A DNA stretch of 59,782 nt, the filler included, from Platydemus manokwari (Eukaryota), in NCBI GenBank assembly GCA_037951405.1. It is 5 parts of 5 records of this genome, joined end to end, with 100 filler letters (N's around TTAATTAATTAA, not from the genome) between each part and the next. Parts side by side here need not be neighbours in the genome. Positions count along the whole stretch, not along the records: positions 1 to 11,548 come from JBBMOY010604438.1; positions 11,649 to 27,892 come from JBBMOY011195876.1; 3 more parts are not named here. One strand, given 5' to 3'. A program made the position numbers and the translations under genes. Positions 1-13,370 of the stretch are shown piece by piece; position 1 is the first letter of the stretch, and each line of letters starts with the position of its first letter. The notes beneath the pieces were generated by a model. The model saw only the letters and a program-made list of their open reading frames with translations. It was not told where the DNA came from and did not search any database.

Positions 1-3000
1 TTAAATAGATTTCTAATTTCATTTACTAGATTTATTCATTTTTTATCAAATTTCTTTTTCTTTTTATTTATAATTTATAATATTTATAATTTTGTTATCA
101 GATTTCTTAATAGCATTTCTTAATTTTATTTATTGATTTTGAATTCATTTATTTCTTTTCCTCAGAATAATTTTTTATTCAGAATTAATTCATATTTGTT
201 TCAAATTACCCAAAAATTCGAAAAACATTAGCCAATTTAAAATTTTCATTAAATATAAAAGTATGGCGTCAAGCATTAATTCTCGCTACTACTTAATCCT
301 TCGAAAGTTTAACCATCCAAAACCACAACAAGAATCAATATTAGCTTGTGTACAAACATACTATTTCATTAAAAAATTTTATAATTTAACAGAAATCATC
401 TGCCGTCATTAGGAAATAAATTATTTTGAAAAATAAATTCTATTCTAAAATTCGTATATTATTGATAAGTAGTCTATCAACTTTAATTAACATATTCTCT
501 TCATACCGTTAACATGAAATCGAACTTTAACAGTTTTACATTTAAACTGTCCTTGAATCGGAGATTATTTGTTTATCTGAATTACGTTTCGATTTTATTC
601 GAACATTTATCATTGAAGGCCATTATCAATCGACTGAGTTTGGCTTGATTTGGTACATTTTATTAAATTCCAAATGCAATTCTTACACAACTAATACACC
701 GATTATTCTTAAATCGATCACATGTGTTTTGAAAAGTGGAAATCATATCAAGGCAAAGTGTTATTAGATAAATATTTAAACACTGTGTCTTTAAACCGCG
801 GGACTTTGTTTTAATTTTCAATGACTTCATATTTATTGATCTTCAAAATGTGAAGTGCGCAACGAGACAGTGTGCGAACATGTGTAGACAATGATTTAAC
901 CCTTTATATCGACTCTAAAATGCTTATTTTAAAAAAATGCGTGTCAGTTGGAAAAGATTTGTGTATTCTAAAGATCGCTAAATAATATTTATTAATATTT
1001 ATAAAACATCACTGGCATTGATTATATAAATCCTACCTCTAAGCCTATGCAATCGATGTTCTGATAAATAATAATTAAGGGTTAATTACTTGGAATTTTC
1101 ATCTTAAAATCGAGTATATCTGGATAAATAGCTCATCTAAATTATTTCGTAAATGTTTAGAAAATCAAAGCGAGTTAAATAATCACCGACAAGTTCATTT
1201 TATTATTCCAATATTTTAAAATTTTTTCAACACTTATTAGTGTTCTTATGCCTCCCCTTTGATTCGGAATCTCTGTTATTGATTCATTTATGCTGTGTTG
1301 AATGAATAAATTAATTTTCGGAAATATCTGTGAGTTGTTGAATGAAAGAGGAATAATCCATCTTATAATAAATAATATAATAATATTGTGCTCAATTTCA
1401 TTGTAATTTTTCGGGTTAAGCTTATAAATCATTAATTAAATATAAATAAAACTCGCACATGACATCAATTTCAATTGATATTTTTTGTCAGTTAAACCGG
1501 CACTCAATTCAGGACTTAATTCTTATTCTCTTCATGATTCTTAACAGAGCTAAAAGCATTATTTATAGCAATATATTTTCATTTTCACTCAGATAAAGGA
1601 AGCCATAAGTTTAATTAGATTATTTTCGAAACTAAAATGAAATAAATTATCTTCTGATTGGTTCAATATTTGTAAACGGACTGAGATTCAGATTTTGATA
1701 AATATTTGACATTATTATTATTATTATTAACATTATAGGAATCAACAATGTGTTGCACTGTGGTCTGATTAGTATGGATTTATAAAATTTCGGTCAAAAG
1801 GCTAAATACTCAAAATATAGCTTTTATATAATTTGAAATATACCAACAGTTCTTGTACTGAAATATTTACTTGAACTGAATTTGAATTTGATTATTGGTA
1901 TTAAATTAAGAAATTTTTATGCTGATCTGTTATATAGCTTAGATTAAAATCTACAATTTGTATAGTTGTGTTAGTCTGTAGCTTGAATTTATATCTGAGT
2001 ATTTGCTGATTGAATTATTGACCAATCCAACAACCAGTAAACCGATTCAAGAATCCTTTCTACTCGACAGTATCGGATAGGTGTTCAAACTCACAATTTA
2101 TTAATTCTCTTGTTGATGAATTTTTTGAGTAAAATTCTATCCCTAAAAAGGTAAAAATAATTACTTATGACAAATTTCATGACAAATTAATCTAAAAATA
2201 GATAAAAAAAATTAACTAAATCAACGAATGGATCATATAATTAAAAAAAATAGTTATAAATATTAAATAATAATTTGTAAAATCAAAAATAATATTAAAT
2301 GAATACAAAAATAGAAAAATAGTAAAGAAAAATTAATTAAGCACATCCATAAAATTTCATATCGATATATTTCCCATGTAGACATATCTAATCGATAATC
2401 CACAAGTTACGTGAATCAATAGTTCAAATACAACTACAAATTGTCAAGAGAATCGGTTAGAAAAACTGAAGGAATTTATTCTTGAGATAATTTATTATTG
2501 TGTAATAATTGATTATTGGAGAAAACCACTATTGTAATTTCATTTTTACAATTGGTTTCTCACCACAGATTATTTTGTTCAAATTCTACTCCAGGTAATT
2601 TCTTTTATAACTTTAATAACGACTATGATGTTGAAAAATTGTTTAATCATTATTAATCTATTTGGATTGGAGCCAGATCAATCAAAATGTAATTAATCTT
2701 TAAACTTGAAATCTAAAATAAAACATCTTGTTTTTCGTAGTTGTCGGACTATTATTTACTAGGACTGTCAATAAAGCTACTAGCAAATAGAACTATTAAG
2801 GCTCTCTAATATAAGGGCATATAAAGTCTTACACAAAAACCATATTTGTGCCAATAATGAACTTAATTAATTTACGCCTGATTATTTGTTATCAGTTTGT
2901 ATTATTCAATATTGGATATTTAATTTGTCTTACAATTATATTTTATTAAAATATTTCGGTTCATTTTATAATTTCTAAATAAAGACTGCAGCTACTTAAT

Positions 3001-4821
3001 TCAGGTTATTATCACACACCTTATCTAATGAAATAATATTACTAAACCCACCAAACCATAACAGATTCGAATGTACATTTCATATATACTGGCTTTCATT
3101 TATCATTTTGTCAAGGACATCGTTTGCATTTCAATTTCTATTTTCATCTCAACAAATCATCAAAATAGGCGTTTTATTTTTTCCGAAATAAAATTTGGAG
3201 ATTTGATTGTTGTTAAATTAATTTGTAATATTTTAATAAATAAATTATTGAAATATATCGGTTTCTATTTGGTCTTTGAATTACCAAAATAATATCAAAA
3301 ATTCATCGTAATGTTTTAGAAAAAAGAGAATATTTTGAAACAAAATACTAAAATCATCCAGACTATGTTATTCAAAAAACAGGAATCACATTGAATGTAG
3401 AAGCTATAGGATTTGATTATTTTAGTATTTTTATGTTTATAATTTGACGCACGCTCATCGAAAGTTGCTCATCGGTAAGACTGGCAAAGAACAATTCAAA
3501 GTTTAAAAATTTAATATCACTTTTAATGTAACCACCAAAACAATAAATAATTTTCAATCCATCACAATCGATGATCGTTTGAGTTGCATTGCCACGTAAT
3601 TATTTCTTGATACTGATGACAAACACGTGTTGGAAATTACAACCGAAGCATCAAAGATGTACAAGATATTCGTTACGACTTTCGTGATTCATAACGACAC
3701 TTGTAACGCTCAATCGGGTATTCTGTGAAGCCAAAAAATCATTTGTGACAAGACTAATGAATTGCATCGGTGTATTTTTTTTTCCTTGTTTGTATGTCCT
3801 CGAAATGTTGATTTAAGTCCTAATTCGTTTTTGGCAATAATAAGAGAGAAACTGAATTGGAATTTTATAATTTGAATGGTTCTTATGGAGTAAATGTCTG
3901 AAAACTTTGATTGAAACATGTATTATCAGACAAAGATCAACTAATTACGTTATACTGACTTGGTTTTTTCTCAACGATAATTGTGACTACTGATGTCCAA
4001 TCCTAATTTCAGTAATCTCGTTGATAATCAAATTGCAATCCAAAAAAATTGATACAGTGGATTAATGTAATGTTAATTAGGTTTAAAAATTTACTCGAAA
4101 ACACACAGAAATCTGCTTAAATTGAAGGCCAGTTTTAAATTACCACCGAGATTATATTAACAATCTCCTCCATATTCTTATTCATGAAAACATAGACAGC
4201 AAAACATTATTTGTTTTCTATTAATAGAACCATTGTTCTATAATTTCTGATGTTCACAGTTAAATAAAACAACTTTATAAACAAAGTCTGGAACTAACCG
4301 TTCAAGAGAAATTGCTATCAATCAATTCTATGAAAACATTGAAATTATCATTGACAATATTTATGCTTTCAATTTAAATGCTAACAAATCAATTTCATTA
4401 TAATATGATAAAAAATGTAAATAATATATATCATGTCTATTCAATCGAAATTAACCAATTTAAAGTAGACAAACACAATTTGATTAATTGGATTAGACAA
4501 ATATATTTTCTAAAACTTAGTAAAATTTGGATTTACGTATTGTGTATAAACACACACCACTACAGTGAGCAAACATTGAAAATGGTAAGAAAATGTCTAT
4601 GAAAATGCATATGCGATATGTTGCACACAATATCAGAGGGAGAAATAACTAACTGATATGTCTGATTTTGTTAGCCGCACTATATGCATTAATATTGATA
4701 ATCACGAGACAAATTGTCATGGTGATTTTCATTGGCCTATTCATACGCATACACGTTTGATTAAATTATTTGTCTCTACTGTTCAGTTTAATTGGCATTT
4801 AGTGTAAACCGCAGAATAAAA

Positions 4822-5641
4822 ATGAATAACGACGTTAATGAAGATCCGGGTACGTTAGATTACAATATGATCGAAAATGAACTCATCGTTGGATTTAACT
4901 TGTGGGGTGAAAGAAGAATTTGTTTACCACAACTCTTAAGGTTTGTTTTATCGGATTTTGATATCACTATTATAGAACAAGCTGTAACTGATTTACAAAT
5001 CAATTGTTTTCAATGTACTCCTGAACAGATTAAAATTTTACATGAAAATAATATTTTCCCCAAACAAATAGTCCGTTGTGGATTAATAAGGAAAAGCGAT
5101 GCTGAACGTTTGTGCAAATATTTGTTACAGCCAAATCAGAATTTCAATTCATTATCTGAAGCGAATAAGAAGCTTAGTAAATTTAAATCAATCGAAGTTG
5201 TCCATACGTGTTTCGGTGAACAGAGAGGAACGCTTTATCCTGTTTTATACAACTCATCAGATGCAAAATGTATTAAATGTTCAACGTGTGAAAATTTTTT
5301 CAAAACCTTTGAATTCGTTGGTCATACTCATAAATTAGTTGAAGTATCCAATACCTTTCATTGGGGTTTCGATTCCAACAATTGGAGGTTGTTGTTGCAG
5401 ATTTATACCGACGTTGATATGGTTAATGTCGATCAATTAAATGAAATGAAATCGATTTTGGACAAAGTTAAAATCTTATTTTATGAAGAGGAATTAAAAA
5501 AAACAGTAAGTCAACTTATGATAGATTATGTAATATTTATAAATGGCAATTTCATAGAATCCATCTCAGATGAATTATGTTTGGCGACCGAGCAGGAAAT
5601 TTAAATTGCCGAATCCTCCTAAATCAACATTTAATAGGTAA
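4822..5641 (+). CDS. ski: Ski/SnoN-family transcriptional corepressor (DHD/Ski_Sno domain plus SAND-like Smad4-binding domain), about 255 aa, 2 exons
   Basis: DHD motif GFNLWGERRICLPQLL..CTPEQ..RCGLIRKSDAERLC and SAND-like motif HTCFGEQRG..CIKCSTC..FVGHTH..HWGFDSNNWR. First ATG is at 4822 (the track start at 4792 is TTG). Exon 1 4822-5505, 52-nt intron GTAAGT..CATAG at 5506-5557, exon 2 5558-5641 (NPSQMNYVWRP..FNR*), AATAAA at 5707. A further donor at 5638 cannot be excluded. Confidence 0.88.
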
Positions 5642-7344
5642 ACAATTTTATGTAAACATTTTGTTTATTTATGTTTTTTTTTGATTTAATATTTTTTGAA
5701 GCTTAGAATAAATCTTTAAAATGCATTAGAATTGAACTAAATATTTATAAAATATTAATATAAGTATAAATATTATTGTTAATCATAAAATGTTTATCAA
5801 AAACCATCGATTGAATATCGCCGAATGATATGAATGATTTATGTAGCGATTTCGAAACAAATTTCTCAACAATATTCGATCTCTCGTCAATCATATGATC
5901 GAATTGAGTTATCCAATTTCGTATTAAAATGAAACAAAAAAATAAAAACTTATCAGAATACCTGGATCAATGATATATATCAATGAAATGATGCAAATAA
6001 ACACTTCAACTTATCAACGAGTCTCATCGAAATGTACCTTGGAACCGTTAACGATCAATATTGTATATGAAAACGATGGATAGAGATTGATTGTTATCAT
6101 TATGTAATTTCGATGACCAATCTCCATTAATATTGTCAGACTGGACTTTTAGAATTTCATTATAACAATATATCGAAGATGGTTAACAGGTAACACGTGG
6201 TGGAGCAGTACATGTTACGTTTGAAGGCCAATAATTATCTCCAACAAATCCCTTCAAAGTTAATGTTTAAATCTTTTCTTTCAAGTTACTAGATGGAATT
6301 TTCACATTGATTATTAGACTTTGATTTGAGCCAGCAAAATAATATTTCAGTTTATTACAACTGGGATATTGGATTTGATTATAATCTAGTTATAAATTCT
6401 ACTATAAAATTATGTATTACTTAATATCCATATATGAATTAATATTGTCTGTAATTTCGGTGGCTATTCTTGGTAGGTGATTAATAAAATGTATAATAAA
6501 TGTATAATAAAATAAAATTAATAAAATAAAATTAATCGATAACTCGAAATATTTTTTCCTATCAGTATTATCCTATACTATTAAATATTATTATATATTT
6601 CATAACGATAAGACTTTATAAAAATACCATTTGAGCAGATATTATTTATTAAAATAAATATTATATAGAAATAATATATCTCTAGTAAACCGTTCTTTCA
6701 TCTGCCTCATATTCGATTACATCTGATTCTTAAGCATCAATAATTGATTCAATAATCTGACAATCTGACAATCGAGTTCATCAATATTTTCATTAAACAT
6801 GAAATAATATGATTTATTATAGATTTTTATTTAGTTTTAAGATTTTTGGAATAAAAAGGGATTATTTATACCATGGACACCATTTTGGAATCATCTATTA
6901 TTAGTTGATATTTATAATTTCATCATTTATTGCTATCTTCGGCGATTATCAAAGTTGAGGAGTATTTCTAATTATTTGTTTGCTGCTAATATTCAAAACG
7001 AATGAAGTTTTGCTTAACAAGTGTTAAAATGATAAGACTTGTCTCAAAACAAAATCATTATTTCATCTATTCCTTGTCTAAGTTCTTTATCAAGGTTTTT
7101 CTCAAGGATTTTCCAACCAAAACAAGCGAGAATTGAAAATACGCTGTGTTTTCTGTTTTGTAAAATTAAAATATTATATTATATTATTTCAACATAGAGT
7201 ATATGAAAAATATATTTCTTTAACAATTGGTTTTTTTTTTCCAAATCAATACCATTTTGTTTTAAATAACACTGTTCAAATCAAATGATATTATCCGGTA
7301 CCCACGCACTTCATAAATCAATTCCTGAAACTACATTTGTGAAT

Positions 7345-7541
7345 ACATGCCGTCAAGGGGGAAGATTTAAATTTCAAATATATTGCTTGTATTAATCAAA
7401 TCGAAAAATCACGCATTTTATTTGTGTCCGGCATGCATAATTAATATGATGAAAACATAATTGGTAAGAAATTAGCGAATATTTATCAGACCAGTTAAAC
7501 AAAAAATATTCATTTTATACATTTTTCCCTTTCAGGCATGT
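7345..7541. mobile_element. possible ~200-bp MITE with degenerate terminal inverted repeats
   Basis: Left end ACATGCCGTCAAGGGGGAAGAT versus the reverse complement of the right end ACATGCCTGAAAGGGAAAAATG. No clear target-site duplication. Confidence 0.3.
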
Positions 7542-9331
7542 CATGTTTCTATTTATAACTTTTTCTATGGGTAAGTGCACGATGAATATCATTCAATCCT
7601 AATGACTTTTACACAGTCAGGAAATATTTACAAAATAATTCCTCCTTTACTATACATTTTTCTTCAACACACACAATCATAAACTCAGAATTTGGTCTAA
7701 TTTAGATGCGCCTCTTTTGAATTTCAAAATGGCAATTAGATTTTTCGTTGCTGATATTTTAGAACAACTGCTGGTTTGTGGAATTCAATAATTATCAACA
7801 ACTTATTATTATTACTTGTGAGATTATGTTGCAATCTGTCTCAAGGTCATAACTAGTTAATATCAATAATTTGCCTGCTAAAATTCTTTTCTACTTTTGG
7901 TAGGTAAAAATATTTGTTGTTTTCATTGCAATTAAGTAGACTTTATTGGTTTCTGTTGTCTATAAGTTGTGAATCCATAGTTCACCATTTTCATAATCGT
8001 CATAATTAGTTAGTTTGTTTTGTGGATGGCACTTGACTACCGACCCGGTGATGGTATTGAATTCAACTATGACATCTGAAACAAAGCCTAACAAAAAATA
8101 TTGATTTTTCATAAGTGTTTCAAGGTAAAAAAATGACATATTCATATTGATTATAACTGATTTCTAAGATGTGTGAAGAAAAAAGTTAAAAATTTTATTG
8201 CAACAAAGTTTTGATGTGTTTTATGTGATAATTGTCTGTGAAGGTCTGGCCCATATCATTTAAGAAATGGCCATGTGATTCAGATTAATATTTATTCTAT
8301 AATCTTGAATTAATAAACCAGATAGAAATAAATGAATCCAAAATCATCTATAAGAATGATTTTCAAATATTGATAATACTATTGAATTTGTGAAAAAGCA
8401 GTTTGTGGTTTTAGATGAAGACAGAATAAGCTATTATCATTAGTGGTGATATTTTGTTGTTGATAGTGGTGATTGTGATTGTGTTTCGCAATAAATAACT
8501 TAATTGTGAATTGTTTTTATCTATATTTGCCGTGACAAATTTAGAAAAGACTGGACTAACCAATGCATATAATTTTATGTTAGATGATGTCGTTTTCAAA
8601 TGTATGTGGAATGAATAAACTTGTTTGATATGGTTTTATAACCAACTCATCACTATCAACATTATGTAGAAACTGACAATTATTTTTTTATGGTTAATTT
8701 ATTGAATAAGTACATAATAAGGTCTTTGCAAGGAGTATATGAGTGCTGATTGAATCTATGATAAATTCAACAAGTAGTTCACCATTAGACTCATTTGGTA
8801 ATAATTAAAATGTGTTAATGTTAGATAGGACCATATATGGAATCTATAATACCATAATTGGATCTCTTGTTAGAAACGATTCCAGTTGTTAGGTTTTGAT
8901 TTTGTCTTAAAAATAATTTTGGTATAAATGAAATTTGTTACATGTTTATGACAGAGCTAAATTGCTGAAAAATAATTCATGTCATAAATATGTAGCGGGG
9001 ACTTTTTTATAAAATTAAATTCGGGTTAATGTGCGGGGTTAATCAGAAACGGTGAATTATTTTCGAACATTGCCAGCTGTCAATTTATCTCTTAATCTCT
9101 CGTCAAGAATTTTATCAACTTTCTGGAACTAATAAATCAAAAGTAACAAAAAAGATCATTTGATAAAGATTCAACTAGTAACTTTTCAAATAATCACTTA
9201 AATAAGAGTCTCCCAACCTTTCTATGGGAAAGATTTCCACAACATGATGGTTTTATTTAAAATAAATTATGCATCAAGGTAGGAGCTCGATTTCACCGCA
9301 TCAATTCCAGTATGTTTTTAATCATGCATCT

Positions 9332-9914
9332 TGTGAGCATTTTAAATCGAATTGAAATTTTTAAAGATTTTATTTTATATAAAATTTGATTCTGTGTACA
9401 TTTTTTTGTTTAAATTAAAATTATTTGTTTTAATAATTGTATTTAAATATAATATGATGTCGTGACTTTTCAGTTCGTTTTCGATGCGTATTTTATAAAA
9501 CAGCAGCGGGTTACATGACGACCACGCATCGGGATTCGATTATGAGAAGATCAGCGGCTGAAAATTATGGCAAAGAATAATGAAGGTGTTGAGACTATAT
9601 AGAGAATATATAAAGGAGATGTAGAGAAGATATAAAACAGATAGAAGAACTAGAGTTTTTTATGTAAATATATATGTGAGCATTATATACAATAGCAAGA
9701 AAATCAAAGATTTTGAAGAAAGGGATGTGAGCATTTTAAATTGAATTGAAATTTTTAAAGATTTAATTCTGTATAACATTTGATTTTATGAAATATAATT
9801 TTTTGTATAAAAACAAATTAATTTGTTTAAATAATTGTGTTTTTAATATAATTTGATGTCGTGTCATTTCAGTTTGTTTTCAATATGTATTTTATAAAAT
9901 AGCAGTGGATTATA
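9332..9914 (+). mobile_element. TRIM-like miniature LTR retrotransposon, full length (583 bp, non-coding)
   Basis: Direct repeats 9332-9515 (TGTGAG..TTACA) and 9726-9914 (TGTGAG..TTATA). PBS-like TGACGACCACGCATCGGGATTCGA at 9516. Polypurine tract GAAGAAAGGGA immediately before the second LTR. Near-perfect 5-bp TSD CATCT/TATCT. Confidence 0.85.
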
Positions 9915-11548
9915 TATCTTGAAACGCTCTTTTCGAATCAGCGCCATTTCTCAATCATTCTATTGATTGCATTAAACCGTAATAGTTGTATTTCCAACCA
10001 TATTAGCTTAAATAGTATTTCACCAGTATTGCCAATGTTAGCTTGTCTTCATCAATTTTATTTATTTACATTTACACTGCATTTAAAAATTAAGAAATCG
10101 AATTAGATATACACCCAATTTTCCCTTCTGGGAGGCGAGGGTAGTGAGTTCAATATTTTTATTAAATGAATTGATTTGTTTCTTATATTAATGGTCTACA
10201 ATTGGTGAAAAATTGAACTCATTTCATTGAGAAGAAATAATAATTAAAAATTACTGTCCAATTTTGGTTATTTGGTGCCTCTTGAAGGGAGTAATCCAGG
10301 TGACAGATAATAGATAAAATCAGTTAATATTTTTTGAAAATTAAAATAATATTAGATAGTTCCACTGATGGCTGAATGATTGTCATAATTTCGATTTGTA
10401 ATTTATTTATTTTTACCAAGTTATTTAAACATTTGTGTCTCGAATCACACAATGATTTATTTGCATTGACTTTATAGTTTTCATTATATAAATATCAATT
10501 TCATTTTATTTTGCTTATTTTTGATTTGAAATTTTTGATTTTGGTTGATTATGAATTGAAATAAGCTTGTTTTAGTTATTGATTTGATATGATATTTGTG
10601 ATATTTACTTGTTTGTTGTGGTTACCATGACTACAATTGATTTATTGGCTATGTTGTAATTCTTGCTGAAAAATAAAATAGAAATGTGATCAAGGCGATA
10701 TATAAATTTGAATTATCAACCAAATTCAGGACACTGCTTTGTCTTATCTCCAGAAATCCTCTCGGTTGTTTAACTAAGATTACTAAAATCGGAATTTTTC
10801 CCAAGTGGATTTTTTTCTTTAATAATTAAATTAAAACGAATAAACTTTCTTTGTGGATTGTTTTCAAAATGAAATGGTTTGACAGATTTATGAGGGTTGT
10901 ATTTTTTTTTAAAATTGAAAGTCATGAACAAAGATATTTTCGAATGATTTTTGGAGCACAGGAATAAAACATTTCGATTGATCTCGAAATACAGAATCCT
11001 TAAATAAGATCTACATTCTCATAAATAATTGGACCAGTTTGATATAAAAACAAATTTGTTGTGCGACAAGTGTCATCTTAAATAAAACGGCTTATATTAT
11101 TAGAATTGGGATTTGTCCGAAAAATATTTCAACAAATATGGAAGTGCCTTGAAACATGAAAATCAATTTTGTCTTCCAGTATATATATATACATTTCAAC
11201 ATATACATTCCAAATTCAAATATTATTTTGAGCACCATCAAAGATTCACAAATATTTTATTTCTAAAACTAGCCCAAATAATTCCCTTGAGTAATTATCG
11301 ATATTGAATTCATTATAGTTTTATGTAATTTTATTACAAATATCTGTCACAACATTTCTCGGTAAATATTAATATTAGTTTTGTTAAAACAATATTATAA
11401 TAATTAAAACAATGTTTATTGATTTGTAAATGGTTTAAATTTGATTTTTCTTCATTTAATTTCTCTGTTAAATCTAATGTGAAAGTGCCACATTTGTTTA
11501 ATGATTTCTATAAATATGTTTTTTAATATTTATTTTATATATCTTTCG

Positions 11549-11648
11549 NNNNNNNNNNNNNNNNNNNNNNNNNNNNNNNNNNNNNNNNNNNNTTAATTAA
11601 TTAANNNNNNNNNNNNNNNNNNNNNNNNNNNNNNNNNNNNNNNNNNNN
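11549..11648. other. assembly gap with six-frame-stop linker TTAATTAATTAA
   Basis: 44 N + TTAATTAATTAA + 44 N; identical structure at all four gaps. Confidence 0.97.
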
Positions 11649-11684
11649 CACCCAGGTTATTGTTGAGGGTTCATATTGTAATTG

Positions 11685-11795
11685 TTAATTGATAATCTGT
11701 AATCATTTTATTTAATTGATAATCTATAATCATTATATTTAATTGATAATCTGTAATCATTTTATTTATTTGATAATCATTGTAGTCATTTTATT
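11685..11795. repeat. 27-bp minisatellite, about 4 copies
   Basis: Unit TTAATTGATAATCTGTAATCATTTTAT repeated with few changes, next to a contig end. Confidence 0.8.
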
Positions 11796-13104
11796 TTTTC
11801 TATTATTGCTTTTGGATAATCAGTTTAATATATCTTGGATAATTATTGTTTATATTCTCAATAATTGAAAAGTATTTGATATACAAGTGTTGATGTTACT
11901 TTGGATAATTGATAATTGTTACTAGTACATAAATTATTTCCATCTGACAACTATTTATTTCATCTTAATATTTATACATTTGTAATTGTCTCAATTACAC
12001 CCAACCTAACCGAGTCAACGAGAAATCTAACGTAACAATACCCTTTGTTGAAGCTCCTTAAAGCCAGTGTAGAAATAAAATTCCAAAACCAACCAATATA
12101 ATTTAATAATCATACTACAACTCAATATTAAATTATCACTCAAGACGAAAGTCGAATACAGAATAGAAGGCAACCAAGAAGACTGCCTATCAGAAAACTC
12201 ACACAAAACTCACAGAACAGAATGAACGTTATCTATTAAAAAAGACTGGTAGTTGCTCGTGAAATCCAACTTCTTCATAGGCTTATTATATGTGCCCACT
12301 TAATGTCCCAGAGGTTAGTTTTTAATTTGATAAATTTGTTTATACATTGATAGAAATTTCTCTTACATTTCTCATACCATTGCCGAATATTGATGTTGGC
12401 TGTCATTTGTTGGTATGAACCAGTCGATTATTGATTTCTAAATACGCATTGATATATAGTGAGAATCTGATTGGCTATTGGCGCATGTGATTTTTAAATC
12501 TTCGTATCAACCCTATAAGGGTTATTACCATGGTTAAAGAGAATATTTTGGCTGTTTTTACGACCCACTCAACAGAAGAATTAAGCAATTCTGTTAACCC
12601 GTTGATATCAGATGGAAATTCTTAAATTAAGTGCTATAATTTGATAAATGGTGTATTCGAATCCAATATCACTTCACATAATTTCAGAATAAGTTACAAC
12701 TTTGGAATGAATTCTTGTTTTGTTCTCATTATGTGAGTGTCATATCATTTCCAATCTAGCGGATAATGTTATTTGTAAGCCTTAAATAAAAACGTAACAG
12801 TAAACAGTAGTTTTCTTGTTAAAATGAGATTGATTTGAAATTAGTTTGAAATTCGTATAAACGTAAGACTTAATTAATGGTCTGACATTTTAATTTATAA
12901 TTACATTATGTTTTAATTAAAAATTCATTATCGCTGGGATATTATTATCATTATTAATATTGTTTTACTATTATGACTTAATCATTATTTGAATTACATT
13001 TTCTCGATTTATATGATTTATATTTTTGGATGTTTCCTAATTCCATGATTTCGTTATAATATGTATTGTAATAAAATATTAAATATTTTTTTTAATTGGT
13101 TGAT

Positions 13105-13234
13105 TGTTTGGTCAAGCATAAAACAATGTTTGGTCAAGCATAAAACAATGTGCTAAACGATTGTTTGGTAAAGCATAAAACAATGTTTGGTAAAGCATAA
13201 ATCAATTTGCCGGTTGATTGCTTGGATAATGCAT
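13105..13234. repeat. 22-bp tandem repeat with a 57-bp higher-order period, upstream of the poly-UBL gene
   Basis: TGTTTGGT(C/A)AAGCATAAAACAA at 13105, 13127, 13162 and 13184, plus a degenerate copy at 13219. Confidence 0.85.
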
Positions 13235-13370
13235 TGTGTGGTATTTAATGGTGCTTGTATTGATCTTGTTTAAATCATTACAACGATTTATTGATTTACA
13301 ATTAATTTTTTGTTCAGATATGATATTATTATAGATTTCTGATAAAAATCAATTAAAATTCAGAATTCCT

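Noticed and set aside
1-4700. Several 60-85 aa Ile/Asn/Lys/Phe-rich ORFs here and elsewhere in the window
   Set aside because: Composition is as expected for random AT-rich DNA; many start at TTG/GTG and none has a recognisable domain.
6020-6390. Alternative genetic code (TAA read as sense), suggested by in-frame TAA codons in coding-like tracts
   Set aside because: Well-supported genes here contain no internal TAA/TAG and end normally at TAA (ski, ZNF830) or TGA (EAAT, poly-UBL). Decay explains the stops better.
9516-9540. tRNA gene (T-loop-like GGGATTCGA)
   Set aside because: Only about 24 nt complementary to a tRNA 3' end, directly after an LTR, so it is a primer binding site. No cloverleaf can be formed.
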